Source: Raja brachyura
Taxonomy: Eukaryota
Assembly (NCBI GenBank): GCA_963514005.1
Contig: OY740794.1
Span: 13,826,001 to 13,890,000 of the forward strand
Reading direction: 5' to 3'
Length of the DNA: 64,000 bases
The position numbers and the translations under genes were made by a program. How positions within the stretch are numbered: the first letter of the stretch is position 1; each line of letters starts with the position of its first letter. Positions 32,444-45,439 of this stretch are shown piece by piece. The notes beneath the pieces are model-generated. The model saw only the letters and a list, made by a program, of their open reading frames with translations, was not told where the DNA came from and did no database searches.

Positions 32444-35109
32444 AATAATGAAGATATATTTTATGTAGGAGTCTGGAATCCCTGATCTACAGCGAGTTGT
32501 CGTCGAAGGCTGATTACTACATCTAGCACAATTAATTAACACAAAAAAAAGCTTTATCTAGTAATCAGTTAAACATTTTCAAAATCTGTTCCTCCTTATT
32601 TAAATTTCATTTTTTTAAAACTAATGTCTACACGAGGTGTCACAAAAGCCAATAAAATAACCCCAGGATCGGAGTGAGAAGAGACAAACTCCCGCTGCAC
32701 TGCGGTGCCAACTTGAAACGAATTAATAGTCCTCAAGATGCTTAGCGGATAACTTAAACGAATTATATTGGAAACGACTACTGAATAATATTGAGAGCAG
32801 GAAAGACCATTTTACGTGCAAGTGTTTAGAAGGTGTCCAACATAAAGCGAAAAAAAATAACACATGTGTCAGGCCACTTTAGGGGAATGAAGGGCGAGGT
32901 ATCCATATTGCTTGTAATATTTCCTTTATCGAAGTAGTCTATACATTGATTTTTCCACCCTGAAATGACGTTTCTGCTTGCCAGGTAGGATTATATAGAA
33001 CGACTTTCAGCTCTTTCGTAGATTGAGGCACAGAGCCGAGAGACTGTTACATTCCGCCACAGTAAAACAGTTTTCTTGAAAAAGACAGAAGCCTTGCCGC
33101 TATGCCCTGCACTTCATAAATCACATCTTTATATGGACAAGGTCAGGGCACCTAACAGCTCAGACATAGGTCTTTGCAGAGTTTCTGCACACTAAGGCAT
33201 GTTTATTCTCCAGCACAGATCTCTGAGGAGCAGTCCAGCACGCCTCTAATTACTTTTGATTATTTTCATTTGTTGGGGGTCAGCCCTGCTTGCCAGGGTT
33301 GCTGCGGGCTGATTTACTACAAATTCCATGCCTTTGAGGGACCGAATGGTGTGTTTTTTAGAATTAGCACCGATTATTCTGCCTCCTTCTTGCGGTGTAC
33401 TGTAAACAGGAAACCAAGACGGGAGACTGTCCTTCAGGCAGACGCATAGCAGTTCCTCTCTTCGCATTTAATGAAGCAGAAAGCTTGATTATTTGACACC
33501 GGAGACGCACTAATAGAATATTGTGTTGTGCAGAAAGCGAGCTCGCTTCCAAACTCCAGAGAACAGCCCCTCCACTGTCAGTATACCAGAGCCTGACAGA
33601 TTTTTAATGTCATTAGCAACGGTTAGATTGTCAGGTCATCTTATTTATATTTGATGTGGTTTTGGCACATTAACGTCCTATTCCCCTCCCCGTTTCGTTG
33701 GACGATGAATATTTTACATCTATCATTTCTGTTATTCAATGCAAGAGTTTGAGCCGGGGGGGGGGGGGGGGGGATTGGGAGGGGAGTGGGTTCTTAAGTG
33801 AACACACAAATCACAGCGTATTTTTACTTTCTCCATTTAAAGCCGGGTGATTGAACGAGGATTCGCACTGTCTCAATTCCAGAAAACAGTGCTTCGTGTA
33901 AACCGATCACTTAGAAACACCATTATTCTCCGCCGAGGGCTGGACTCACGTTGATACACTCTTGTTTCTCTTGTTCCTCGAATGTAATTCTATGAAAGTT
34001 CCACTTTTTTTAAACAAACAACACCAAAAAGCCCTTTGGAGACCCTGCGTCGCTGAGCATTGTTGTCGAGCTATTACTCGCGAATACCACAATCAGGAGA
34101 GCGCTCGCTCCTTCACGGCCCCGCGGGTGGTACTTTCATACTCTCTGTTACTTTGGTTCACGATTGGAAAGGCACCACGAGGTTAGAACAGGGCCATTTC
34201 GGTTCAAACCCAGCCCGTACTGGGAGAAAGTGACCTCCTCGCTCGGACACTTGTTGGGGATTGTCAGCTCATGCCCTATGACTGGAGCTCAAAAGGTATC
34301 CAGGCCCTTCTGAGGGCTGAGGAGCATCGCAGCGGTTTACAGCACAACGAAGGCCGTTCGCGCCGCTGCATCCTGCTAGCTTGAGGAGGGGGTGGGAGTG
34401 GGGAGCTGTCCTACTTTAACCCACTTCTCAGTTCTTCATCCCAATCATTATGGGTTGCCATGAAGCCCATAACGCGGGCTACCGCCAGCCCACCGTTTAC
34501 GTGGGGGACATTGGGTTTCCTTCTATCACCTTCTTGGCCGTCGAGTTCTCGATCCCCGCAGGGCTCGATGCTTGTGTGGGATCCCTCCCCCCAGCCACGT
34601 ACTCCATGAGACCACCATCCCAACCTCCACCCCACCCCAAGCCCACCGACTGTGAGAAAGATCGCCATTGTATCAGCATCCCTGCCTTCACTCTTCTGCA
34701 GTAGGAGACTTCAATGGTTCCGAGCAAATTGGTACATAACTCATTCAATGCGACTTCCAACCGTGGCAATGTAGCTCAAAAAGCCAGCCCCAGGGCCACA
34801 CTTGATACATTTTCCCTGTGTCTGTGTGCCTGGGCATAGTAACAGAGGAATCTCACTGGGGCTTTATACAATCCATGTGATGTTGCCATTCCTTGCTCTG
34901 TTCACCATTCCTTGCGTTGTTTAATAAGCCAGCCACCAGGATATAACAATGCAGGGCCCTGATTGTTCTTTTCATTGCAAATCGTGTTAATGAAACATCT
35001 GCTAAATCAAGTTTGATTTTCACAAGCAATTCTTACTATATCAAGTGAAAGAACACCATTTGTTATCCTTTGCAAAGACCATTTTAGCTCAAGAGAACCT
35101 GATGAACTT

Positions 35110-35290
35110 GGATCATAGTACATAGGATCATAGTACATAGCTTGTCCCATTTGCCTGTATTTGGCCCCATATCTCACTAAATCTTTCTGATCCATGTATC
35201 TATCCAGGTGTCCTTTCAATGCTGTTTATGGCACACCTGCAAACTATCTCCTCTGGCAGCTCATTTCACATAGCCACCACCCTCTGTGTG
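35110..35290 (-). mobile_element. CR1 LINE 3' fragment
   Basis: TQRVVAM*NELPEEIV..KGHLDRYMDQKDLVRYG. Confidence 0.7.
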
Positions 35291-35344
35291 GTCCTTGCAA
35301 TAATCATTTATATGAGTGAAAAATATGCAAGGAAAGTGAGTGTT

Positions 35345-36325
35345 GGAACCAGGATAGAGTTCTCCTGGTCCTCACCTTTCACCCCACCAGCCTCCACATC
35401 TGATACATCATCTCCTGACATTTCCATCACTTCCACCATGATCCCACCACCAGTCACATCTTCCCAACTTCACTCCTTACCACCTTTTTTAAGAGACCCC
35501 CTCCCTCTGCGACTACTTGGTTCACTCATCCCTTCCCACCAAAACCAGCCCCTCCCCAAGTACTTAGCCCTGCTAGCAGAAGAGATGTAACACCTGTACC
35601 TACACCACCTCCCCCACATCCATCCAGGTAGACCAGCAGTCACTCTCGGTAAGACAGGGGGTTCACGCGACCTCTTCTAACCTCATCCACTGCATCCGGT
35701 GTTCCAGATGTAGACACCTATACATCAACGAGACTAAACCTAGACTCGGTGACCATTTTGCTGAACACCTATGCTTGGTCTGCCAAAGTCTGTTGTTTCT
35801 CCTTGTTGCTAACCATTTGAACACTTCTTCCCATTTCCATACCGACCTTTTGTCCTGGGCCTCCTCCATTGCCAGATTGAGGCCACACGCAATCTGGAGG
35901 AACAGCACTTCATATTCCACATGGGTAGTTTGAAATCCAACATTATTGATTGCAGGTAACTACAAATCTACCTCATTTTTTCTCCACCCCCACTTTCTCC
36001 CCATGTCTCTCCCCTGTGCCCCACCTGGACTTGCATTTAATTCATTTCCCCCTTCCCTTCCATCTACATTCATTGCTCGAGCTTCACAATCTACAACTTG
36101 TCTCACTTACCTTCTGTCTTTTCATCTCTGACCCTTGTCCAATCATCTGCCTGTCAAACCACCCCCCTCCCCCTTCACCAGTATCCACCTATTACCTGCT
36201 AGGCTTTGCCCTGTCCCATCTTTCTTCCGTCTTTCTCCCCTTCCACCTTACATTCAGTCAAAAGCTGGGTCCGCACCCGAAACGTCACCTATCCATGTTC
36301 TCTGGAGATGCTGCCTGATCCACTG
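35345..36325 (+). mobile_element. Degenerate Penelope-like element (GIY-YIG region plus 3' repeat)
   Basis: TSSNLIHCIRCSRCRHLYINETKPRLGDHFAEHL...NHLN...RNLEEQHFIFHMGSL; ends ccgaaacgtcacctatccatgttctctggagatgctgcc. Confidence 0.85.
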
Positions 36326-39300
36326 TTGTGTCTGTTTTTGAGTATTATATTCTGTAAAGCTATCTTTACTGAACTAACTCTGGTGTATATCAACTTCATT
36401 TGGCTGTGAGAAGGACATTAGTGCTGGCAAGCAACGGTGAAACATTCAACAATTGCAACTCAATATTTCCCAAGGTGGAATTCAGTTTATACATTAACGA
36501 TTAACACAAATCTATTAGCCATTCTTTTGACAATGTAAAATGGGGTTTGGCCATGTACCTCAGGAAATAGGCCTTGATCTGACAAGTAGAAATGGGGAGA
36601 TGAGAAACTTTATTTTCCTCCTACTAGGTGGCCATCTGCAATTATTTTGCCGTGACTGCGATATTTCTTTGGCTAAGCGATCTGTTGGGCACTTTTTAAA
36701 CTTACCTCTCAAGGTTAGCCACCAACGTAGCTGAGCTCACTACATACATAAGACTCCATATGGGTGGCCATCCTACAGCTCGGAATTGGCAGTATAATTC
36801 AAGTCAGTTAACTGCACATTGTAAGTCTAGGTAAGATTACAATTATCTGCCCATATGTATTATTGCAAATGTGCAGCATTTGGTGTGGGTGTTAAATATT
36901 GGCCAGTGTAATGTGGCACGAGGAAATAAAAGGGTATTTGATGTTAACTTCACACATCTTGATTTAGTTGAATTTTGGTTTATTTTAAGTTTAGTTTAAC
37001 TTGCTTCGTGTGGCAAGTTTTTGAAAGTGCAAACTGGCTGTGGCACAATGACGAAAATTGCCTCCGAGACACAAGAGAAGAGCACAAGAGACTGGATTGT
37101 GAAATTAATAGCACAAGGACTGAGGAGGAAGTATAAATTAGGCTGTCTGAATCAAGTGCAGAAAGACAATTAAAGGGAGTTTAACAAAGATTAGATTGGC
37201 AAAAGAGAGACAATACAGGGAGAAAAAAACGATTTTGAGTGTAAAGTAAATTTAGGTTCTTAACATCTCCCGTTATAAGTAAAACCAAAGGAATAGTATG
37301 CAACAGTTGTAATAACAAATTTTAGGCACTGTTCTTTGGCAACAATTAACACCCAGCACATTGTTAAAAGGTGACATAAATGGAAATGGACACAACTTAA
37401 CTTTCTGTGTTGTTTTGTTCATTTCTGCTCGGGAAACACTGAAACGTCACACCATTCAATCGCTAATACAGAAGGGAGTGGAGAGTGAGGGACACAAGTT
37501 TCATGAATGGGTGGATGGTGAAATGGAACATCGAGAAGAGCAACTTTTGAATAGTTCTGATTAACTGTGCATTTGCTCCTGTTGTAAGGTTGTTGGAAAC
37601 ATTTGCTGACAAATGGCAAGCTTCACTATCATCAAACAAGGGAGTTTGACTTATTGTCTCATCTATGTAGCAAATGTAGTTTGCAATTTGATGCAAATGC
37701 AATTTGAACCTCGTATATAAAAACAGAGAATACAAGATCCTATTTAACCCTTGTATAATATTACTTTAGCACATTCCCAAGCGCAAGACTTTGCAGAAAC
37801 AAACATGAAAGCGTTAGAATGAAAATCTAGAACTATAGAATATAAGTACCTATAAACATAGCAAAATGGCAAACACACAAAGAAGCTCCATGTACAGAGT
37901 AACAATATAGTGCTGTCATAACCATTGAATATTATTGAGCCTTGAAAAGGTTAATAAAACATGCAATTTTATCAAAACACCCAGTCCTGGGATGTCTTCA
38001 TAATCATATATAAATATGATAAAAACACTATGTTCTACTTGTATATCCTACTGAATTTGCTGAGGCAGGTTAGAGTTTCAAGGTAAGATATCAAACCATC
38101 TTTATTCAACCTAGTTCTGTGTGTGACACCCCCCCCCCCCCCTTCCTTCAATATGGTCAACACATAATTTCAGAGGCAATTGGGGATTGGCAATAAATGC
38201 TGACATTTCCAGTGACGTCTATATTTTGTGAACAAATTGAAAAATATTTTTAAAAGCATGCAGTATTCCTTGGAACTTCACTCAACTGGCTGTCTTTGCT
38301 GTGAGTGCTGAGTATGTGAGTGTCAGCAGGATATTTCTATGCTTCATCATCAAAGTTCCTATGCCCTCGTGGTCCCTTGATAGTCAGGTATATGCATTTG
38401 GCAGTAGGACCCCTGGCTGATTTCTGCCTCCCGAGCCCAGAGGAGCTCACGAGTCTACTTCTGCCACAGAGAGACCTACAATTAGAGCACTTATCAAAAC
38501 ATGGTGCTTTCTTTTATTCCGTTTATCAGTTGTAGTGGAGGCAAGGGTGGTGATAAGGGGAATGGCGATCTCCTAGTGAACAGTGGTGATCAGATGGCTC
38601 CCACAGCCCTGAATCAGAAGTGGTATTTGAAATATCGGAATTGCCTCACTGCATGTCATAGCAAAGCTATATTCACTGGAGTCCTGTTACAGCTTCTAAT
38701 CAACTAAGACACATGCATGTTTATTGCCTGCAACAGAGCTTTATTATTCTTTCACAAATAATCGTTATATTTGAATAAAGTGTTTGTATAATTTGAAACT
38801 GCATAACTGTTCTGTTTTTTTAAATTTATGTTATTCAGCAGAACACTTTTCTATGCTCACCCTGTATAATCTCCCTTAATCTATTGTCAATTATGTTAAA
38901 GATATTTTAAACGAAAATTGCATGACAAATTCCGATAGCTGTGGGAAATGAAATTCAACGAGGAATGCTACTGACCCAACGTTCTAATGTTCTCTCTCCT
39001 CTTCAAGGATACTAAATAACTACAGGTAGATATTTACAAGAACAGAACCCCCTGTGGAACTGCTCCCTGATTAGTTAGGTTGCAACAGTGGTAGTTTGCA
39101 ATGGCAGTACAAGCATTAATCTTTCTTCAATAACAATTGAAAACACAACTTCAAAACAAAAGATCCAAAACAATGAGCTTTTGACTTTTACAGCTGGACT
39201 GGAAGCCAGTAAATGCCTTTGTGTCCGTGCCACTGTTTGTCTCCCGATCCAAAACTAAATTTACTGTCCTATTTAATTGCCTTGGATCATGGCAATGCCA

Positions 39301-39499
39301 ATCCTTCCCCCTCCTCAAGACTTCCACCTTCCCTTCTATCAACCTCAACTTCACAGCTATCTATTATCCTGTGCTTCAATACACAATTTTTGTTTGAACA
39401 TTATATATTCAAAATCAAATATGATTTATATGTTTAAAAAATACACGGAGTCTACATTTGTATATATATCACAAAATGTATGAACGTATTATTTTTTAA

Positions 39500-40015
39500 A
39501 TAAATGTTAGACATCAGCTGGAGAATTTTGCCCAGTTTTAGACACTGTACTTCGGATAGGATGTTAATGCTTTAGATTTACTGGAGGAGTGGCAAGACAG
39601 AGGGATTCCAGTGATGTGAAAAGACTATGGAAGCTGGGATTATTCTCCAAGAGTACAGCAAGGTAAGAGGATATTTAGTGGAGGCATTCAACATTCATGA
39701 ATTTTATAGTGGTTATGGAGAGTGTTTCCGGCATCACCTTAAACGTGCATCCTGTGGTTTCTCATTATCCTGTCAATATTTAAGATGATTCATAAACAAA
39801 TAAACCAGACGGGAGATGAAGAAAATAAGCAGCAAGTTTTTATGACCTGGAATGCATTACGTGAAAATAAAAGTGAACATTCTTTCGCAAGGGAATCAAA
39901 TAAATACTGGATGGAAAGAAGATGTTTCTGGGATGGAGTAAGGGGATGGGATTGGCTCTTTAAAGAGTTGGCTGCAGTGATGATTATTTGACTGGGCTTT
40001 TATGCTGTATGATTG
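39500..40015 (+). mobile_element. Old CR1 LINE 3' fragment
   Basis: Diverged aagctgggattattctc...aagagtacagcaaggtaagaggatatttagtggaggcattcaac (KLGLFS..RGDL.E.F-like). Confidence 0.55.
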
Positions 40016-42147
40016 TAAAGTAAAGAAGATAAACGTCTATGTGTGTTTTATTTTGGATGGTGTACATAAGAATAGTGTCTGTTTTTGTTATGCAGTGGAG
40101 ATTGAACTGAACTATGCAAATGACCCACAGGATTTTACTCTATGTTCCTGCTTATGAGGCTGTGCTTTAACAGAATGTCTAGGAAGAGTGTTAACACTTT
40201 ACAGCCACCCTGCGTTCAATCATGGGTACATATGTAGACATGATAAGCAAGCATTGGATGCAAGACATTTGCCTAAAGACTTTAATTATAAGAATGCAAA
40301 GTGTGATTGTATATAATTAGGTATCTGAATCTAAAGATATTGCACATTCGGTTGCACACCAAAATGGAAAACTAATGGCAATATGTTTCATTTTTAGTTA
40401 AATTCTGTTTTTGTTCTTTATTGATACTTTTATGATGTTATTTTATTTTTTATAAAGGAGGGAATCTTCTTCCTTTTACTGATTAAATTATTTTAAATTA
40501 AGCATTTACATTGTTGATTTCAACAAATTTTTGTTTACATCTCATTTTGAATCATTATTTTATTCCAGCTTTGGCTTTGCTCTTCTCTCGTTTTCTGCCA
40601 AGCTCGGCTTCCTGTCCAAGAAATTTGGCACATGACCTTTGCCAGGGCTGAATTACTGGGTTAAAATGGAACGATGGCCAAGCAAGTTCTCCAAAGCAAT
40701 CAAACACTAAAGAGAACCACCCTGTACTGGGCCAGAGTTTCTTCCACTCCTTTTAGCTTAATACTTCTGAACAGCATTCTAAACACTGTGCTGACCTTAA
40801 CAATTAGCTATTCATTCTTGTGTTGCATGTATAAGAATATAGTTTCATGTGCTGATGGTAGAAGTGCTAGCAGTATTGAATATTGTATTAGTTTTCATAT
40901 ACGTGTTAATGCAAGTATTTATGTCCAATGCATGTAATACTTTTCTGAATTGATTGAAACCTTAATGAATATGTTGAACTAACAATAACTATCTTAATAA
41001 CATAATTATTAAATTACAATTATTTTTTTAATGAAATTGAAGAGTGATGAACAGTGTTATTTCCATAAATGAAATGATGTGAATTCCTTTTTCCTACACT
41101 CGGCATTATCTCACTACAATGAACCTCCAAATGATTTTCCAGGATTTTTATATTTGATTTTGTGGATGGAGAATCACACTAACCCTTTGCCCTTTCATAT
41201 CTGTACACACTTTCTCTCCTGGTGCAAGGCATGTCTTGTTCTGTGGGTGGAGCAGCAGTGCATATCCATCTGCTACCTGGACCATATACTACTGTGCATA
41301 TCCATACACTACATATATATCCACGTACTAGCCAGTGCAGGCAAATTCACACACTCTCACCTCCTCGCATCATCTGCTGTATGAGCCAAATCTCCACACA
41401 TCAAAGCCACTTCAAACTTTAAACTGTTCACAGATCAATTGCCTAAAATATATTTAATATATATAATCCTGTTGTTAGTTTACAATGTTTATGTTATATA
41501 TTTATGAAATTAAAAAAATCTATTCTATGCACAGCACAGGAAATTCATTATATTGCACTACACATTTAGCTTCATAACATCATACTCTTCCGCTAGTCAC
41601 TTTTTAACCAAACATTTAGCACTTTTATTTTGCTGTTACCATCTATAAAAAGATTACATGTTTATCCAGCTGCTCCATATTCTTTCTTGTATTTATAAAT
41701 AAATAAACAAATAAATAAATAAATAAAGGGAATAATATGATTTATAGCAAACGTCAAGAAGACCAGCCATTGTTTTCAGTCACTGTCGCAAACTTAGTTC
41801 CAGAGTCACTTACTCCATCCTGCCATCTAAGACGGAACCAGACTCTCCATCTCAGTACTATATATTTGCACCACCATCAAGGGTATACATTTGCAGTTTT
41901 GCAACAATAAGTGACACCACCCCTTTTAAAGGCATCTCCTGCTGAAACCCTCAGCTGTGCCATAGTTACTTCTTGGCTTAACTTAACTATATCAAATACT
42001 TCAAATCTCCTCTCTCATGTTTATTAACTTGAGATCATCTCATCTGTGAACATAATGACTTAATCACCCTGGCAGAGAATCCCATATCTCATGACTCTCT
42101 GAAATAAGAAATGTATCCTTATATATATCTTAAACATCCTTCACCTT

Positions 42148-42430
42148 TATACTTCAGGGATACAGCGCGGAAACAAGCCTTTCTGTCCACCGAGTCTGCG
42201 CCGACCAGCGATCACCCTAAACACTAGGGACAATTTACAATTTTTACAGAAGTCCATTAACCTACAAACCTGTACACCTTGGGGATGTGAGAAGAAACTG
42301 GAGCACCCGGAGAAAACCCACGCAGTCACAGGAAGAATGCACAAACTGTACGGACAGCTCACATTGTTAGCGCCGAACCTGGGTCTCTGGCACTGTAAGT
42401 TAGCGACTCAACTGCTGCACCAGTGTGCTG
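42148..42430 (-). mobile_element. HE1-type SINE
   Basis: gatacagcgcggaaacaagcc...cctgggtctctggcactgtaag. Confidence 0.85.
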
Positions 42431-42446
42431 CTCCTTGAGACTATTA

Positions 42447-42702
42447 AGGGCCTGTCCCACTTGGCGATTTTTTCGGCGACTGCCGGCGTCATTGACTGAT
42501 GTATCAGGGTTGCCGAAAGATTTAGAACATTTTGCAATCCAGCGGCAACAAAAAAATGTTGCGACACTTGAGGAAACACCGCGCGTCAATACGTCATCAC
42601 GCCACGTCACCGCCTCGTCACGCTGCGACTTTTTCGGTGACCTGATACGTCAGTCAATGATGCCGGCAGTCGCCGAAAAAATCGCCAAGTGAGACAGGCC
42701 CT
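42447..42702. mobile_element. PIF/Harbinger-like MITE, 256 bp, long TIRs
   Basis: ~62-bp TIRs AGGGCCTGTCCCACTTGGCGATTTTTTCGGCGACTGCCGGC...; TTA TSD at 42444-42446 and 42703-42705. Confidence 0.9.
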
Positions 42703-43237
42703 TTAAGCTCCCATAAAGATCTTATGTGGTCCAGAGGTCACTTTCTAAACTCGAAGGAGTATAGCCCAGTCTTCCCAATCTTGACTCATTAGGTTTTTTC
42801 ACCGTACTTAATGTCAATCTTATTAATTTTCTCTGCACTGCATCTCAGGGAAGCATTTCATTCTTTAAACAAGAGGACCCAAAGCATACAGAGTGGTCCC
42901 ACCGTGTCTCATCAACGTACAGTGAAGTTGCAGCAAAACATCCCTATATTTATTGCGTATTCCCCTTGCAGTAAAAATGAAACTAGAGAGATAATTCTCC
43001 ATGGAAAAGCAAGCTAAATTTGGTGGAATTAAATATCTAATTTTAGGTCATGTATCTCGATGTGGCCAGTGTGGATATGGTTGGGTAGTTCCCCTGTCAA
43101 TGCTGATTGGGGCCCACATCTCTGTAAGCAACTGAGATTGATTTTAAATGCATGCAAATAAAAACATTCTCTTTACAGTGTCCTTTGCTAGGTACAAGGC
43201 TAGCTTTGACTGAAGTGGAGAAGGCTTACATGTGAAT

Positions 43238-43580
43238 AGACATAGAAACACATACAAACATAGAAATTAGGTGCAGGAGTAGGCCATTCGGCCCTTCGAG
43301 CCTGCACCGCCATTCAATATGATCATGGCTGATCATCCAACTCAGTATCCCGTACCTGCCTTCTCTCCATACCCCCTGATCCCCTTAGCCACAAGGGCCA
43401 CATCTAACTCCCTCTTAAATATAGCCAATGAACTGGCCTCAACTACCCTCTGTGGCAGAGAGTTCCAGAGACCCACCACTCTCTGTGTGAAAAAAGTCCT
43501 TCTCATCTCAGTCCTAAAGGATTTCCCCCTTATCATTAAGCTGTGACCCCTTTTCCTGGACCTCCCCAACATCGGGAATG
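43238..43580 (-). mobile_element. Young CR1 LINE 3' end
   Basis: FPMLGRSRKRGHSLMIRGKSFRTEMRRTFFTQRVVGLWNSLPQRVVEA...GYGEKAGTGY* and (tttctatg)n-like tail. Confidence 0.92.
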
Positions 43581-44711
43581 TTGTTATGTTCAATAAAACA
43601 TGGAATTAAATTTGTCGTTTGGCGATTCTGAAAGAAGAAATAAAAAAATAAAAAATCTTTAAACGGTAGTATGCAGCTAGTAAAAAAGACTTCAATGCAG
43701 CTGAGGAGATATTTGTTGACTCGTGTGCAGCGGATAGAAGATTGTCATGTGTGTGCAGTCCTAAATGAGTGCTAATGGCACCCATTTGCACATGCCATCA
43801 GGTATTGACATCAGTAGGACTGAATTGGGCCAAATTGTGCTGGCTATTACCAGCAGTTCTGGTGATCATCCATTCAAACTGAAGTCCGCCCCTGATTTAG
43901 ACACTAGCGCTGCTAGTCTCTGCCTTGTTGACAGATTTGGAAGGCTGGGGATTTGCCTCTTGGTTCCTATGCCAGATCAGAGCTGGCCTGTGATCAGAAA
44001 CCCCATTGATTTCAGTAGGGATTCTAATCCTGCAGGTTAGAAGGCAAGGGAAGAGTGTGTTAGTTTTCAATTATTGTTATGGTTTTTAATTACTTGATTA
44101 TTTATTATTGAAATTTTCATGCTTTTAATTATATTATTTTTGTCAATTTAATTAAAAATAAATTTGCTTAATTTTATTTATTTTCAAATGACTCTGAAGA
44201 CTAGAAATGTAAAAATATTATCAAAGTCAGTCACAGTTTTGATCGAAGACAGGAGCCCTTCCTCCTGCTTTGCATTTTCTTTGGTTCAATAACAGGGTCT
44301 TCACCCAAACTGCACCTTTCAGTTCAGAGATGAGAAGGGCCCCCAAGGTCAGAGCCAGTGTGGGGGACAGAGACCAGCACAATCCTGCTCAATTATCGCA
44401 ATGGAGTGACAATGTGTTTACAACTGTGTACCTAAGGTGTATTTCATAAGTCTTACTAATCATTCAAAATACAGCAGACAGCAGCAATGTATAGGTTGAA
44501 GAAATATCCCATTATGAATTATGGCTGTTTTTGAGCTCCCAGCACAAACCACAGCAAGGACTGCACTGGGTTTAAGTTTGAAATGTGATTAAAGTACAAG
44601 TTGTGAAGTGAAACATGTAATTGCAAAATGAGAGGAAAGGTTTTGGAAGGGCAATGAGAGGGCGTGGCAGATGACTGTGTGGCTAAGTGTGACTCCACTG
44701 CCAAGTCAGGT

Positions 44712-45125
44712 CAAGTCGTGTTTGCAGTATGGTGAGAGATAGGTACAATGAAAATTCTGTTTGTAGCAGCATCACTGACACATGGAGTCAGACAACACAT
44801 ACAAACATAGTATAAATATATAACGCATAAATTACATGCAAATTCTATACAACAGATGGTTCTCAAGACAAGACATGAATGCCAAAAATACACAATTTGA
44901 AAAGAAGTTCATGGGTTGTTCAAGACATTTCTTGAGTTAAAACTACGGTTGTGCAGGTCAGTTCAAGAACCTCATAGTTGTAGAGTCATAGAGTAGGAAT
45001 GCAGCTGTGCCTGATCATGGTGATGTGGCACCTCAGGTTTCAGTACCTCCTGCGCGATGATAGCAGTGAGAAGAGGGCCTCACCCAGAAGGTGGGACTTA
45101 ATGATAGATGCTGCCTTCTTGTGGC
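44712..45125 (-). mobile_element. Rex1/Babar-type LINE 3' end (old)
   Basis: Minus strand SLLSSRRRY*NLRCHITMIRHSCIPT; 3'UTR similar to 29862-30240. Confidence 0.6.
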
Positions 45126-45172
45126 CATCTACAAATTCACTGGTACACCATTATCATTGAGTCAACATACAG

Positions 45173-45322
45173 TTGGGGTGGAAGATTGCAACCTTCAAGT
45201 AGTCTGCCCTGTTTTGACTAATGCAATCAACTCGACGTGCACAAACGGTAGGTCAAATAGAACAAGTTGTCCAACAACTTTAGGCTGTGCACGCCACACG
45301 AAAGAAGAAGAAGAAGAAGAAG
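45173..45322 (+). mobile_element. Unclassified 150-bp retroposed insert with (GAA)n tail
   Basis: Ends in aaa(gaa)7; flanked by AACA(T/C)ACAG at 45164-45172 and 45323-45331. Confidence 0.6.
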
Positions 45323-45439
45323 AACACACAGCTGAGAGGTAGAACACCTATTTGAAGACCATATACCTATTTACATTGGTGGGTCAGCAGTGAGTTAGCA
45401 GCTTCAAAATCCAGGGCATTTACATTTCCTATGACCTGT

